Translations under genes and position numbers: made by a program
Shown: piece after piece, positions 25,541-39,199 of the stretch
Layout of the letters: each line of letters starts with the position of its first letter
Position numbering within the stretch: the first letter of the stretch is position 1
The notes under the pieces: generated by a model
Seen by the model: only the letters and a program-made list of their open reading frames with translations
Told to the model about the DNA's origin: nothing
Databases searched by the model: none
From: Vicugna vicugna
Taxonomy: Eukaryota
DNA length: 64,000 bases
Assembly: GCA_013265495.1 (NCBI GenBank)
Contig: MU058213.1
Coordinates: 2,480,001 to 2,544,000 of the forward strand
Direction: 5' to 3'

Positions 25541-28500
25541 GCCCCTGCTTCACTCCTCCAAGCAGTAATTTAGAGAACCAGGGCCCTTCTATCTTGTGAT
25601 TCTCCTCTCTTAAACATGCTACTAAAATGTCTGTACTTTTGCCTAGAAAACTGGAAGGGAAAAGGGCATAGAGGGTTGTCCGTGGGAGGTTTACAGGCTG
25701 TAGCTCTTCTGCTCACAGTCCGTTGGCTAGAACTCAGTCATATTTCCACAGCTAACTGCCAAGGAGGCTGAGAGGTATAGTTGTTCTGGTTATCTGATTG
25801 CTCTGTAATGAACAACACCATACCTCAACAGCTGGAAAAAGGCAGTAATTTATTTCGCTCATGAATCTGCACCTGCAGCTTAGGCAGGGCCCAGCTGGTG
25901 TGGTGCATCTCCACTCCATGCAGCACTGGTTGAAGTGGCTCACCTGGGGCTGGAGGGTCCACTTCCAAGATGGCAGACATACAGGGCTACAGAGTGCCAC
26001 CAGCTGTCATCTGGAAGCTTAGCTGGGGCTGTTATATTGGAAAAAAATATTAGCTTATTCATTAAAATAGTAATATGTTATATTCAAGAAACTTTCTTAC
26101 GCATCTCTTTTGGGATTCAAACAAGAACCTGGTCAATTAGGCTGAGTATTTACCATAAATTTAATTAAAGGTGAGTATTCACCTGTTATGGTAATAAACA
26201 TAATCAAAGATATTCTACCTATAAACTTGCTAAAATTATCAGAAAAATAGAATTATTGTGTATATTCTGATTTTCGTATTAGGAATCCAAATTTGAAGAA
26301 ATTAATTCCTTGCCCAAGTTTGGATAAGTTAATGTAAGCTGAGAACAGAATGAGTTTCTGATTCCATGTTCAATTATTATTTTTCTTTTATTTCATACTT
26401 TATAATTTCATTTTTCTTTTTTTCATGTTAGGTGACTTGTATATTTAAAATCTACATTCAAAGTTATGGCAGTTTAGAGTTATGTATAAATCATTAACTA
26501 TGTACAGTCTATTCAAATTCAGGGAACCATTTAGTGCTTTTAAAGACCACTAAAGGGTATCCAAACTTTGAAATGCAGTTTTGGCAATCTAAATGTCAGG
26601 GTATCTCAGACTTACTAAAGCTGAAAGGACCCAGTGAAGATTCTTGGATTGTTTCGCTGTAATAAAAATAAAATATTCTAATATATGAAAATTCCTTATT
26701 TTTTATAACCAGATTAGCAAATTTTAGTTTCTAATAATTCTCTTAAGACCACTATTTGCTCAATTTTTTCTTCTCAATTAGCAAAAGCAAATTAAGTTAT
26801 TTGAGTAACAGTAATTTCCTAGAGACTCTTAATTTAAAAAGCAATGTTTTACAGAGGGATCAGTGTAGCAGTCTGTCATGATCTGGAAGGGGCACCACAT
26901 AAATATCCCATAAGATATTCCACCTCCTCTTAAAATTAGACAGCTGTGTAGTTGGAAATCTGTCAGGTGTAAAAATGAAACAGAAGTCTTTTGTTACCAG
27001 GACAGAATGCAAAATGTAGCATATACTGTGTAAAGTGTCCTATGACTCGTATTGGCAACCAGGAGGAATTATATCACTCTTTCTTAAAAAAAAGAAAAGC
27101 CCATTTTTACCTGACTTAATGACATGTTAGTATCAAACCCTTCCTGCAAGGATTCTGAGGATTTTACAAGAGCAGAGCTGTACATGTAAGTCCAGACACC
27201 CAGGCCATAGCTCTCGTTATTTTTTTAAATTGAAGCATAGTCAGTTTACAGTGTTGTATAGTTATCATGATTTAGTAGATCTTCATCAGGGACTATAAAA
27301 TCAAGTGTATGCATTTCTGATAAGCAACCTAGGTGATTCTGATGTAGATAATCCATGGACCAGACTCAGAAAAACACTAGCCAGTGGCAACTTTGAATAT
27401 AGTTTCAAACTTCACTGCTTGGTGTGTTTCTTTAAGGTTCTCTGTATAAGTTGCAACTCACATTGTCCCAAGGCACTTCTGCTGTGGATTTTAAAAGCCA
27501 CTTACACAATAAATTATGGCAGTTGGAACATAGACTCTGCCCCAGCTACCCCAGAAAAACGAAAGTGGCACAGCTTTATCCGTGATGAAAGTAAACTCAG
27601 ATTGATTCATGGCATGGCCAGAATACTAAGGGCTACTCATAATGTGTATGATTGCCACCTAGCTTATTGGAGAATCCAGGCATCAAGCCTTATTCAGCCT
27701 AACTTCCCTGAATCTCATTCATGGCCAAAGTTTAAGTGACTTACTATAATGTTAGTAAAATTCAGTGGTGAAGAAAGCATTTTTGACAGTGGCATTAAAG
27801 ATTAATAGTGGGGGGAAAAAACCTTTGAAGTAGGTAGATAAAAAGTGATAAAATTGCAAATGATCTAATAAGAGATGAACAGAACTTTGCCAAAGGCAAA
27901 AAAAAAAAAAAATGAGTAATGGGATATGTTGGCACTACCCTAAAAGGGATGCCCTGTTTATATTAGGTCTTAAAATATGTGAAGAGAATTGGGTCATCAA
28001 TTAAAAATACTAATGCTTCCATTAGCAATGGCTTTCAAACTTTTTAATTAGGAGGAGGGGTCATCATCCCTGTTGATCAATAACTTAATTTGCTTTATGC
28101 TTTAGCAAACAGAATTCAACTGTTTTCTGCATTTAACTTGAGTAATTTTCAACTTTAGAAGGGAGGTAGAGTGAAGTGGGCTCTCTCAAGAACATTCTAT
28201 TTTCAGGGTCTAGGTTTTCTGACTTTTGTGACCTTATGTGACCTTGGAAGTACTTTAAACTATGTCAGGCTCAGTTTCCTCAACTGTAGAATGCAGAAAA
28301 TGCAATAAATGTTTCTGTGGCCTTTTCAGTGCCGCTCTGTGACTCGAACAAAGGAAAGAGGTATGGCAGTGTGGGTAGGTCTCTGAGCTCTTGGCTGTTA
28401 AGATGTGAGCAAAAAGGATGTGCACTGACTTAGGCACTGATTTAAACTTCCGTATCTCTTCCTCTCTTACTGTGGCCCTCGACAGTCTCCTTGATTTTAG

Positions 28501-29474
28501 TCCAAATAAAAGACCCCAGAATCCAGTTGACTGCCTTTGTCTGAGCTGACAAAGAATTGTAGAATTCCTCCGGTGCGGTGACCAAACTTCTCAATGAAGT
28601 TAATACATCTTAACAACCCTTTCTCCTCATTTATTTCCTTCCTGTTCTAGGTGCAAGCCTCCATGAAGTATTTTTACACCCTGCTTGCTTTCTTTTTTCT
28701 TTTTTTTTTTAACTTCCTGTCTACCTCTTCACACCTTGATAGAGACTCACATCATTTTGCTTAAGTGTTAAAAGTCAAACAAGGATTTAGCCTTCCGGAA
28801 TTACTAAGATAAGCAATTTTAGCAAAGTCATCCATTCTGGATACTGTAGTATCCTTTTAATGGTTTTCTGTTTGGGTTAGCAGTGTAGGGAGTCTGTGAA
28901 GCATTGGGAACTGCACTCTCTGGTTATCCTGTTACGTCCATGTCTGCTTGTCCATACTGCCCAGAATGGAATGGAATTAAACCGACTAATTGGGAGAAGC
29001 AGATGAAGGGACTGGGGTAATAAGAACTGTAAGGATTGACTAGTAACATTAGTAGGAACTGTTGGGACATTGGATACTGATGGTAAAACAATGCCAGTTA
29101 AGAAAGCTCTAAAACTGGGGAAAAACAAATGGAAATTCACTTAGACCCAAACCCTCATTGTGCCTTTAGCTCTCAAACTGCATGTGAGTAGTGAGCAGCT
29201 GTGAACCTCCGAAGAACACAGAAAGTGTGCAGGGATTTTACATAAGCATTGATAACTTTGTTTTCTGAAAGCTTTCCTTCTCATTCAGGATATATAACTC
29301 AGAATAAAAACCAGTCCAATAATATTAGTGGGAGGTAATTGTCATCTGTGTCTATAAATAATACAAGCGTGCCTTGGAGCTGAGGATATGAAGGGAAAGT
29401 CAAAGCTGTAAGCTTTTGATTGATGTTTTTGGGTTTTTTTATTGATAGTTGGGTTATTCCCAGGATATATTGGT

Positions 29475-29745
29475 TTTTTTAAAATTTTTTATTGAAGTAG
29501 TCAATTTACAATGTTGTACTCATTTCTGGTACATAGCATAATGAATCAGTTATACAAACATATATATTCCTTTTCATACTATTTTTCATTCTAGGCCATT
29601 ACAAGGTATTGAGTATAGTCCCCTGTGCTATACAGTAGGACCTTGTTGTTTATCTGTTTTTTATATATTAGTTAGTATCTGCAAATTCCAAACTCCCAAC
29701 TTATCCCTCCCCCCCACCCCGTAACCATAAGTTTGTTTCCTAAAT
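29475..29745 (-). mobile_element. L1 3'-end fragment
   Basis: ttttattgaagtagtcaatttacaatgttgt...ccctgtgctatacagtaggaccttgttg. Confidence 0.85.
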
Positions 29746-29849
29746 GCGGTCTACATGTTTTGTTTTCAGTGAAGAGGAGGAGGTCAGAAATGAGGTAACC
29801 CTCAGTTTCTTCATCTCTGAAATGAGGATTTTAATATTTGGCTTTGATA

Positions 29850-30290
29850 TTTGCAAATGAGAAGACCACCCAAAGGAGATTAAACAGAGGCTATTTATTC
29901 AGATCTTGCAAACACAAGGAAGGCAGCCAACATTACTTCTTGGCAGACCCAAAGGCAGGCAGGGAAGCGGAAAAGCTTTGTAGTGGAAAGCAGGGAAGGC
30001 TTTGATCTGATGTGATGGGGCTCGTTGGCCTGGGGCAACTAGGCGTCACGTCACGTAATGAGAAGAAGGCATCCTGTGTGATTGATTCGGGGGCATACTG
30101 ACTTTCTCTGGTTGGTTCTGAGTTAGAAGAGAAGGTGAAATACAAGGAAGCCAGCAGTCATTGACCAAGTCCTGATCATCCTGGCCCGCTGTCACCGTGG
30201 TTGTGGTTTGGCTCTCCAAACTGGTTGCTCCAGAAACAGTGAGTCAGATTCTGTCATACGTGATTTGGCCATTGTTCATTTGTATAATCG
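29850..30290 (-). mobile_element. Probable ERV-class solo LTR, family unassigned
   Basis: ctatttattcag (AATAAA on the minus strand) near the left end and LTR-like composition. Confidence 0.45.
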
Positions 30291-30935
30291 CTTTTCAAGG
30301 CTGACAGTTTTGTTGTGGGGATTGACCATAGGAGGGGTTGAAAAGATGCCCGTGTTGCTGCTTTTGGAGGTGGCGGAAATACTATTAGTAAAGGAAAGGC
30401 AACAGTGTCTGGGAGAAAGAAACAAGAAGAGAGGCTCCACTGATGTAAAAAAATGTTCCACCTGATTGCCCCGGGCTAGGGAAAGGGTACCTAGAGAAAT
30501 TCTTTCTAATCCTGCCCAAGTGTAAGGCAGTATGAATGCCCTCCCTTTTCCTCGCTGATAAACTCCACACTGCTCCCCACAAAGATCTCAAATCCCCTGA
30601 GCATCTGAAACTTTATGTTCTGCTTCCAAAGCCATTAATGGAGTTTCAACCTTTCTAACCTGTGAACTGCTAGGGCTAAGATTTCCTTATCTCCAAACTA
30701 TGAGAATATACACAGACAACTCAAGAGTCAGAGGAAGTCGCAAATCTGATATACAAGAGCTATCTAGTTAATTATTTAGTGTTAATTTATCTTGCCAGCC
30801 TTTTTTGGTTGTTTTAAAGCTTATTTCTTTTTAAATATGCAATCTTACCTCTGTTTCATTTTCTTTTGTGTCCTGATTTTCCATGCTGTCCTGATTTTTC
30901 CAGATGCCCACTGTCTGTAAACCTTGTTGCCAAAA

Positions 30936-31422
30936 CTTTTTTTTGTAATTGAAGTATAGTCAGCTATATTGTGTCAATTTCTGGTGTATGGCATAATGTC
31001 ACAGTCATGCATATATATACATATATTCATTTTCATGTTTTTTCTCATTAAAGGTTACTACAAGATACTGACTATAGTTCCCTTTGCTATACAGAAAAAT
31101 TTTGTTTTTATCTACTTTTATATATAGTGCTTAACATTTGCAAATCTCAAACTCCCTAGTTTATCCCTTCCCACCCTCATTCCCCAGTAGCCATAAGATT
31201 GTTTACTATGTCTGCGAGTCTGTTTCTTTTGTAGATGAGTTCATTAGTTTCCTCTTTTCTTTTTTTAATTTTAGATTCCACATATAAGTGATATCATATG
31301 GTATTTTTCTTTTTCTGGCTTACTTCACTTGGAATGACAATCTGCAGGTCCATCCATGTTGCTGCAAATGGCATTATTTTATTCTTTTTTAACGCTGAGT
31401 AGTATTCCGTTATATAAATATA
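30936..31422 (-). mobile_element. L1 3'-end fragment
   Basis: aattgaagtatagt...tagattccacatataagtgatatcatatggtattt...gttgctgcaaatggcatt. Confidence 0.88.
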
Positions 31423-32849
31423 ATCATCACTCACCTGCCTTATGGAGAACCATCTTGCTGCACATTGCATCAGTCAGCTGCTTATACACACACAAATTCT
31501 GTAAGTTCTTTTCAGAGAGATTCCAGCTTCGTTATCTTCCCTGATGAGTCACTTTCCTTAGCTCTTCTAGACCTCAGCTCTCGAGCCCTTCACCTCATCT
31601 CTGTTTCTGCTCCCCACTGCCATGGTCTGAATGTCTAAACACAAATGTCCACCCGCCACAATCTGCTGTCCTTCCTCTCTTACTCCCTTCTTATTCTAGA
31701 TCTACCCCTCTACCTTCCCTCCCATTTCTCTCCTCCTTTCCTCTGGACCAAAATATATATTTGTTCCAGGACTTCGCTCATTCTTGTCGAACACTGAAAT
31801 CTCTTCCTGCCCTCACTGCGCTCCAGTAGCATATCGACCTGGATCCTTGCCTTCTAAATCCCGTCCTGGAGAGAACTCACAATGCTCCAGTGCTCCAAAG
31901 CTGTGTCACTCTAAGTGCAGGGACCCACCCTCAACACAGCTCCCGATCTACCTGGCAGTGCCAGTAGCAGTCCGACTTAAGACTTTACTCCTTATTTCAG
32001 ACTTTCACTACTTATTCCTCCTCCTCTTTCAGGATAGAAATTCCTAGCTGTCCTTTCTTACTATCAACTAGACTCAGCTGCAAGACTATCACATGACTCC
32101 AAGGAAGCCGTCTTCATTTATGTTTTGAGGCTAATCCTCCCACGTAGACTCTGTACCCTATTTTCTCCCATTTCAACAGGGGTCTCACTCCCCCATCTAT
32201 GCCTCTCTTTCTTAAAATTACTCTCTTTTAGACTTTTTCCTCAAGGTTTTGCCTCTGGTCATGTATTCTCCCTCTCTCTGAGTAATCTTATTTACTCCAA
32301 AATTTCAGCTATCACATAGATCCTGGAATTCTTCAAGCTACATCACTGGTCCAGAATACTTTTTAAACTAAAGACCAGTTTACCTAATCCCTTCTGGATA
32401 GCTCCGCTGCATTTCTCCCTCTCCTTTCTTCCCATTTATGTGATGAGTTCTATTAATTTTACTTATTAACTCTTTCAATAGTATTTTCATAAATCTATCA
32501 ATTTTCTTTATTAACTATTTCATAAGTTTAAATTTATTAAGCTTCCTGCTACTAACAAATCATTTTTAAAAAAAAAACACAAGTGTAATTAAGTACTCCC
32601 ATGTTTAAAATCTTGTAATAATCCTCATCAAATTTAGTTTAAATGCAAATTCCTGAATGTAATATACAAGATCCTTCAGGATTTGACCCCTGCATCTCTC
32701 TAGCCTTTTGATGCCCAAAGTATGGCCAGAGGAACACTCCCTCTGTGGAAAGTTTTGCAAGATGGGATGTGGGGAATAGGAGGGAAGTAGCAGGCTCTAT
32801 CGAGTTCAAATACATTCGAGTAACTCATGTTCCGTTGTTAGCTTTCAGA

Positions 32850-33039
32850 GCAGTAGTTAGTTGTCAGACTGGTCCCTGAACCAGCAGCACCAGGATTACT
32901 TGAGACTTTGTTATATATGCAAATTCTCAAGCTTCCCCCTAGGCCCACTGAAACAAACCCTGGGGGTGAAGCCTACCAGTCTGTAGTTAAGCAAGCCTTC
33001 CCAGTGATGCTGATAAACACTCAAGTTTGAGACCTACTG
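32850..33039. mobile_element. MER5A (hAT-Charlie)
   Basis: ggtccctgaaccagcagcacc...atgcaaattctc...caagtttgagacctactg. Confidence 0.8.
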
Positions 33040-36000
33040 TCTTAGAGACTCACAATGCGTATTACTGTCTTACTGCAAGAAGTCTGGAAATAACCTGTTT
33101 AGCTTTGTTTAAGCAAACATTTCATTTGTTTGATTATGGGCCGTGTGTATGTGTGTGTGTGATATTTCCACTAACATTAAGTACAGCTAGTGTTAGAAAA
33201 ACATACTTTGTCAGAAACCTGCAGCCTCACATTATTAGTAATTCCCCAGTTAATGTTCTGTGCTTTTGCATCTAAACATCCCATCTTTGCATTACTCTGC
33301 TAAATATCTCCCCCCAACCCTTGTCTGGCCAACTCCTTAGAGGACGTATTTCAAACTTGCATGCTTACTGAACAAAATATATAGAATACTACAGAAATAT
33401 TGTATAGCAATCTTAGAAGTGTTGCCTAAATCCTGCTAATGTGAAGATATCCTCTGTTGTTTAAACATATTTTTGCATATAATGGTTCTCTCTCTATGTT
33501 GATCTCTTCTTAATGGAATACCTTCATATTTTCTTACTCGATATTGTGAAAGTATAATGCACATCTTCTCAGCTTGTCTGTGCCGGCCTTTCTGTATTGA
33601 AATACCTTTTATGCACATGACAAGTAGAAGCTTTTCTTTAGCTGATCCTACACCCTGGCAGCTTTCTACTTTCAAAAAATTCTCTGCCTATTATATTCTC
33701 ACTGTCTTTATTTCACATCTGTTTTCTCAATAATGTATTAACAAAATAATTTCAATTACTGCAATTCTAGTGAGTATAATTAAAATTGACATACCAACTC
33801 ATAGCTTTATAAACTTACTGTATTTTTACTCATTATTAATGAGTTTATAATTATGTATTATATTTATATAATATACATACATATTATAAATTTTTTCCTA
33901 TTATAATAAATATTCCCAAGAGTTTCAGTAAATATTAATGTACTTATTACTACCTTTCTACATTTCTACTATCATTATCTTAATTTTTCCAACCATAAAT
34001 TCAAATGCTTTAGTAGACTTCTGGAATATTAATAAAGTGTTACTTAGACAAACTAAATTCCTAAGAAGTCCGGTAAGTATTCTTATATACGTGATTGTAC
34101 CTGATTCTTTTAAAGATGTAGTCCATAGTAAAATACGGAAAGCCTGATTTATGATGCTGTTATGTAGTATGTAAAAACAGAATGATTCAGCATCATTTGG
34201 TTTATTCTGATGCAACATACAGAATTTTATGCAAAAATTGTTACCAACTATAATCCTCTGATGTCATTTTAAAAAGTAATGGAAGTATAATCTGTGACAG
34301 CTAAGGGACTTTGGAATTAATGTATATTCAACTACTTTCGTCTCTCTTCCTTCCCAGATCACTCTTTGCCATATAATGATAAGTAACTCTGATGCTAGAC
34401 ATGTCATCTAGAGGCATTTTCATTGATTTAATCACATTAGTTGAAATAAATTAGACACGTAGTTTGCCTATATACACATCACGATGATTAATGATACTAT
34501 TCTAATATAGTTTATGGCCTTCAGAACTAATTTGCTTACAATCGTCACAACTCACCAGGTTCTGTGAATTTTTAAATACATCATAGAGAGGGAAATCTAT
34601 TGAGCTTATGGTAATGAGTAAATAATTACATTATTGTGACAATGATAAATCCCTGTTCATAAAAGAAAGATAAATTTCTATAGAAAATGTAAATTAAAAG
34701 TAGGCAACCTTGGACATTTGTAAGCCTATGTGGCTGCATTTTTCTTGTTAAAGTTTTTTTTGATGTGCCTTGATGTATCTGTGGAATTGAAAGAGGAAGA
34801 CTGCCAAAAATGTTTCAAGTGGTTCTCAGGGACCAGATATATAAGGTTCTTAAGGTCCTTTGGAGACTACTTATAGTTCATTCTGGCAATTTGAAGTAGC
34901 TTGTGCCAGCCACTAATTTTTTGACTAATTTAACTCTCAACTTTTAATATCTGTTACGTTGTGCGCTTAAAGTCAAATTAGCAGCATTTGGAAGTGCCCT
35001 AGCTGAACAGACATCCCTAAAGGTACATTAGAGTCAGTGTATGAGGTCTCTAATAGTAAGTGGATTTAATACACAGCTGTATTTTAAATGAGAACAATAA
35101 TAGTGTGATGACTCATCCAAATCTGGTTACATGTCTCAGGCATCGTTAGAAGATACGTGTACAACCCTTCAGCAGAGGGTGGCTTATCTTTGGAGGAAAC
35201 ATGACAGTTGGATAGGGCAAAAGGTTGGACCAAGTAAAGTCCAATCCACCTTTTATATGAGAGCCTATAAATTTCCTGAGCTACAAATTGGAGATTTCGG
35301 ATATCCTGGACCTATAAGTTTACAAATAATTGAACAAAAATAAAAAATGGTCAAGGAAGCTGTGTTTCTGCTTATTCATATACTTGAGTGAATATTGTCT
35401 CTGCCTTTATCTCTTTTGCCTAATTTTAAAAAGTAAATGTAAATGAAGTGCTCTAAGAAGAATATGCACCTAACAAAATAACCAGAATAATTTATCTGTA
35501 TGCTCAAAAGAATTGTGTGTTGAGTATAATGTTTATACATGAAACACTCAAGATAATTATTATGCTCTGTTAATCTCAATATAAATTTAGATCATCCAGG
35601 CAAATTCAGTATCAAGAAGGATTCCAACATGATTTAAACACACATACACAGACAAAAAAGAAATAAAGACTTACCAACTTTCTGTTAGCTAGATTCATAA
35701 GACAATGTTCCGAGTCTTTCATGCAGCATGTGAGTACTGTAGAATTTAACAATACTGACTTTGTAACCAAGCAACCTTGAGTTCTGCCGACTTACTACCA
35801 GTGTGACTTTGGGTAAACTATTTAGGCAGGATGAATTTCGTACACACACACACACGCACACCACATACTTTTGTGCACACATAATTCACTCTATTTCTTT
35901 GGAAGAGGCCACGTTAAAAAGGTTTAATTTCGACGTCAGTAATTCCAAATATCATAAACTGTAATAGTCAGAGGAAGAGAAACCTTCATTCCAGAACCAA

Positions 36001-36213
36001 AGCATTTAGAAAATCAAGCCTGACCCTTGTGACTTTACCCTATAGGATGCCATTTAATGAAGAAAGGACACCTGAATTTAATAGCTTGGGCTTACCTGAT
36101 CTAAGAGTCGTCCCATAACCCTTTGTCTCTGATCCTCCTGTTTGACAGCGACACCTAACTAAAATCATACCGTTTAACCTTTTCTTTTGCATGTTGCGTG
36201 ACCTCGTGAGCAG

Positions 36214-36347
36214 AGTAAGAAACAGGACATTCCTCGGGAGGATCAGGGACCAACCACCAAGAATTTGGATTTTTGGCCCCAGCTTATTACACTGATGGTC
36301 ACTATTATTGATGAGGATAAAACTGCCTACACTCCTGTCCTGAATCA
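36214..36347 (+). CDS. UNC13C: UNC13C (Munc13-3) internal coding exon, MUN domain; 134 nt, phase 0 to phase 2
   Basis: Translates [44 protein letters not shown]+CA, recognised as Munc13 MUN sequence with UNC13C-type residues. Acceptor GAGCAG ends at 36213; donor GTAAGT at 36348. The terminal CA joins the G at 60102 to give Gln in VLNQFPQELN. Confidence 0.95.
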
Positions 36348-39199
36348 GTAAGTACGCTCTCTTGGAGATGAATGGATTTTGTTCCACTGAAGTTAAGAAA
36401 ACAAAATATTTGAAGTACGGCTTATACTCTCATGACAATGACAAACTTCTCCAAAATTAAGCTGTAGAAAGCAGTATTTTTCTATTTTCATCAGTAAATA
36501 TTAATTCAGTGATATTAGGAGTTTTGAGTCTCAGTCCCGTAGAGTGTTATTATTTGAAGATGGAGACAAGTGTTCCCCCCGAATGTATTTTTATTAGATG
36601 TAGAAGTTTCTCTTTCTGCTGGTTTCTTTCATTGTCTTAAAAGAAAAAAAGCAGTCCCCCCCAAACTAAAAAGAATGTTAAACAACAAGTATTAAACATA
36701 CTCCACTGTGACTTTTTAATAACAAGGATTTGTTTAAAAAAAAAAACACTTGCTTTCAAAATAGTTGTGTATGCTGGATTTGACAAATTCAATGCAGTAT
36801 TTAATAGAACAAGTCTATTTTCTGAAATAACAACCTAATCTAAGCCTATGCCTCTTTGCATAGTATTTATAAATTATGAGCATCCTGGCAAGGCAGATGA
36901 ATTAAATTTGATGTTCTAGAAGAGTCTAAAATCATCAACTTATCAAAATGCCACTTGCTGTGAGACCTTGGGCAAATTATCTGATTTCTCAGGGTCTCAG
37001 TTCCCTCATATATAAAATAAGAACATATTTACTAGATAATTTCCAAGACTGAATCCATCTTTAATGCTGCACAGTTAGAATTTATTTCATGCTTGCACAT
37101 TGAAAGCTGTACAACCAAAATAACAGTGGACTCTGCCAACCAGGCATGCGCATTGTGGTTAATGGAGAGAGGATCTGGATGTGTTGGTGATGCCTGCAGT
37201 GCTGTGGGCAGCAGGGATGGCAGAAATGGCCACACCAGGAAATAGAACATGAAGTGCATGGAGACTTAATGTAGGGAACTGGTCTTGTTATTTCTCACTT
37301 TCTATACTGGTCAGGACAGTTAGGGTCAAAAAGCGTGTGAGGAATCCAATTGAATTCCAATTGAAGAAATACATGGAAGTATTCCAGTTTTTAGTCTTTC
37401 CTGTTTATCCATCACCCATTTTCACCTGCCTGATTTCTCCTCAGCGGGTAGGAAGTGGTCCTCTCCTTAATATGCAGTGATAGCACCATTAGGTTTGCTG
37501 TTTACACGTTCTTCTTTTACCCTCATACTCACCTTCTCTGCCCGGTGGCCAGCGTGCATCATGATGACCTGCTGTAGAGACTCTGCCCTTTTATTCTCTC
37601 CTGATAGCTCAGGATTGGATCTTCTCTGTTAATATATGACACATCCTCAGTTCATCCTGGACAGCTCTGCAGAAGAGATAGGTTTTCTCATTCACTCTTC
37701 GGATCTTTCTTGAAGACAGAGTAGGTTTCCTAAAGATCGAGAGATCAGTAACTCGTTTCAAGACTGTGCCCTTGGGCTGGGATAGACACTTGAGAAATGA
37801 TTATGGAATGGAAACAAAAGAACATCTGCTTAGAAATGCTAGTTAAAAGTTATTTGAAAGGAGTTTATCTTTCATCAAAGAAATTCTTTACGTTTGCCAA
37901 ATATCACAAATATGACTGTTAAAGGAGACAGTATAAAATCATGGAATCAAAGTTTCCCAGAATCATCTTGAGTCATGTACCATTAAAGATATACAAAGAT
38001 TTTAATTACTTTTGTTACTATAATAAAGGAGGTGGAAGGCATGCATTTACTTACAGCAAAAGTAAATTTTAAATTATGAACTTAAGTCCACTAAATATAA
38101 AAAAAGAGCAATGGCACAAAGAAAGAAGAGAAATGTCTTTGTTTTGCTTGTTATGTTTGTTCTTAGTGTCAGAGTTTAGAGTCACCTATTTTTTTTTCTA
38201 TGAAAACCTAACTCTAATAAACCTGAATGCCTTCCTTCTATTTGGGAATCTATGCTTTATTATTTGCTCAGATTTTGAGGATGTTCTAAAGATTTTTTTG
38301 CTTACTAAAGGTCATTGCATTTTGTTTCTCATTTAAGAAAATCTGTGTTTTAAGTGAACTCACCTTGTTAGCATGGTGTCGTCTTAGTGGCTAATGTTGC
38401 TTTTGTGTAATTTGGCGAAATTTCCATTCACACCTGCTTCTTTATTTGCACAAGTTGGCATCACATTTAGGCATCATTAATTACCTCACCAGTTAGACTA
38501 GCACAGTGTTTCACAAGGGAGAAAATCCAGACCACTGAGGTCAGGATCAAATAAGCTGCTTGTTGGCTGTGCAGATTCTCAGCTTCATATCAAATCTATA
38601 GAGTTAAAATCTGAATTTGGCACAGGAGCCTGCATTATTAATAAAGTATCCTGTGTGTGCTCTGTATACACCAGAGTATGAAGGCACAGGCCAACTTGTG
38701 AAGGACATGTCAGGCTAGAACAAATTTGAGTTTTATTTTGAAGGTAATGGCAAGAGAATGAAAGATTTACAAATATAGGTCTTATTTTTATATCTTTCAA
38801 GGTAATTTAGAGTTATATAAGGTCATTGAATGAGGTATTCATTGTTATTATGACTGAAAAGTCATTGCAAACTTTTGCTTATTCAAATTTGATAAGAGTT
38901 TATAATTGTAGTATGTAAACATGAGGGGATTTGTTTTATTTTACGGTAATATGTATCCAAGCGTATATATTGACTGAATGGACAAATTCAAGTAAATCCA
39001 AGTAGTAGGTATCTGTTCTTTCTGATCTTACTCCGTTAATTAATTGATGTAGTAGAGTATTTCTTTGAACAATACTTTTTCACTTTTCAAAAATTATTTT
39101 TTATGAAGTGGGTTTCCAGATACTTGTAGAAATTTCACTATTTCATTGAAACTGAAAACTGTTAAGCAGAGTATTCTCAGATCTCTGGATGTGGGTCTC

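Noticed and set aside
27305..27739. 144-aa ORF
   Set aside because: GTG start inside a MER5-like remnant and no recognisable homology.
36149..36213. Upstream alternative acceptor tttgacAG at 36148
   Set aside because: Adds 65 nt, which is out of frame; no support.
1..36213. Additional canonical UNC13C exons (e.g. the preceding ELQSPP...CHELYSQL exon)
   Set aside because: Not found by eye or in the ORF track; presumably outside the window. Very small exons could have been missed.
36040..36387. 115-aa minus-strand ORF
   Set aside because: Antisense shadow of the UNC13C exon.
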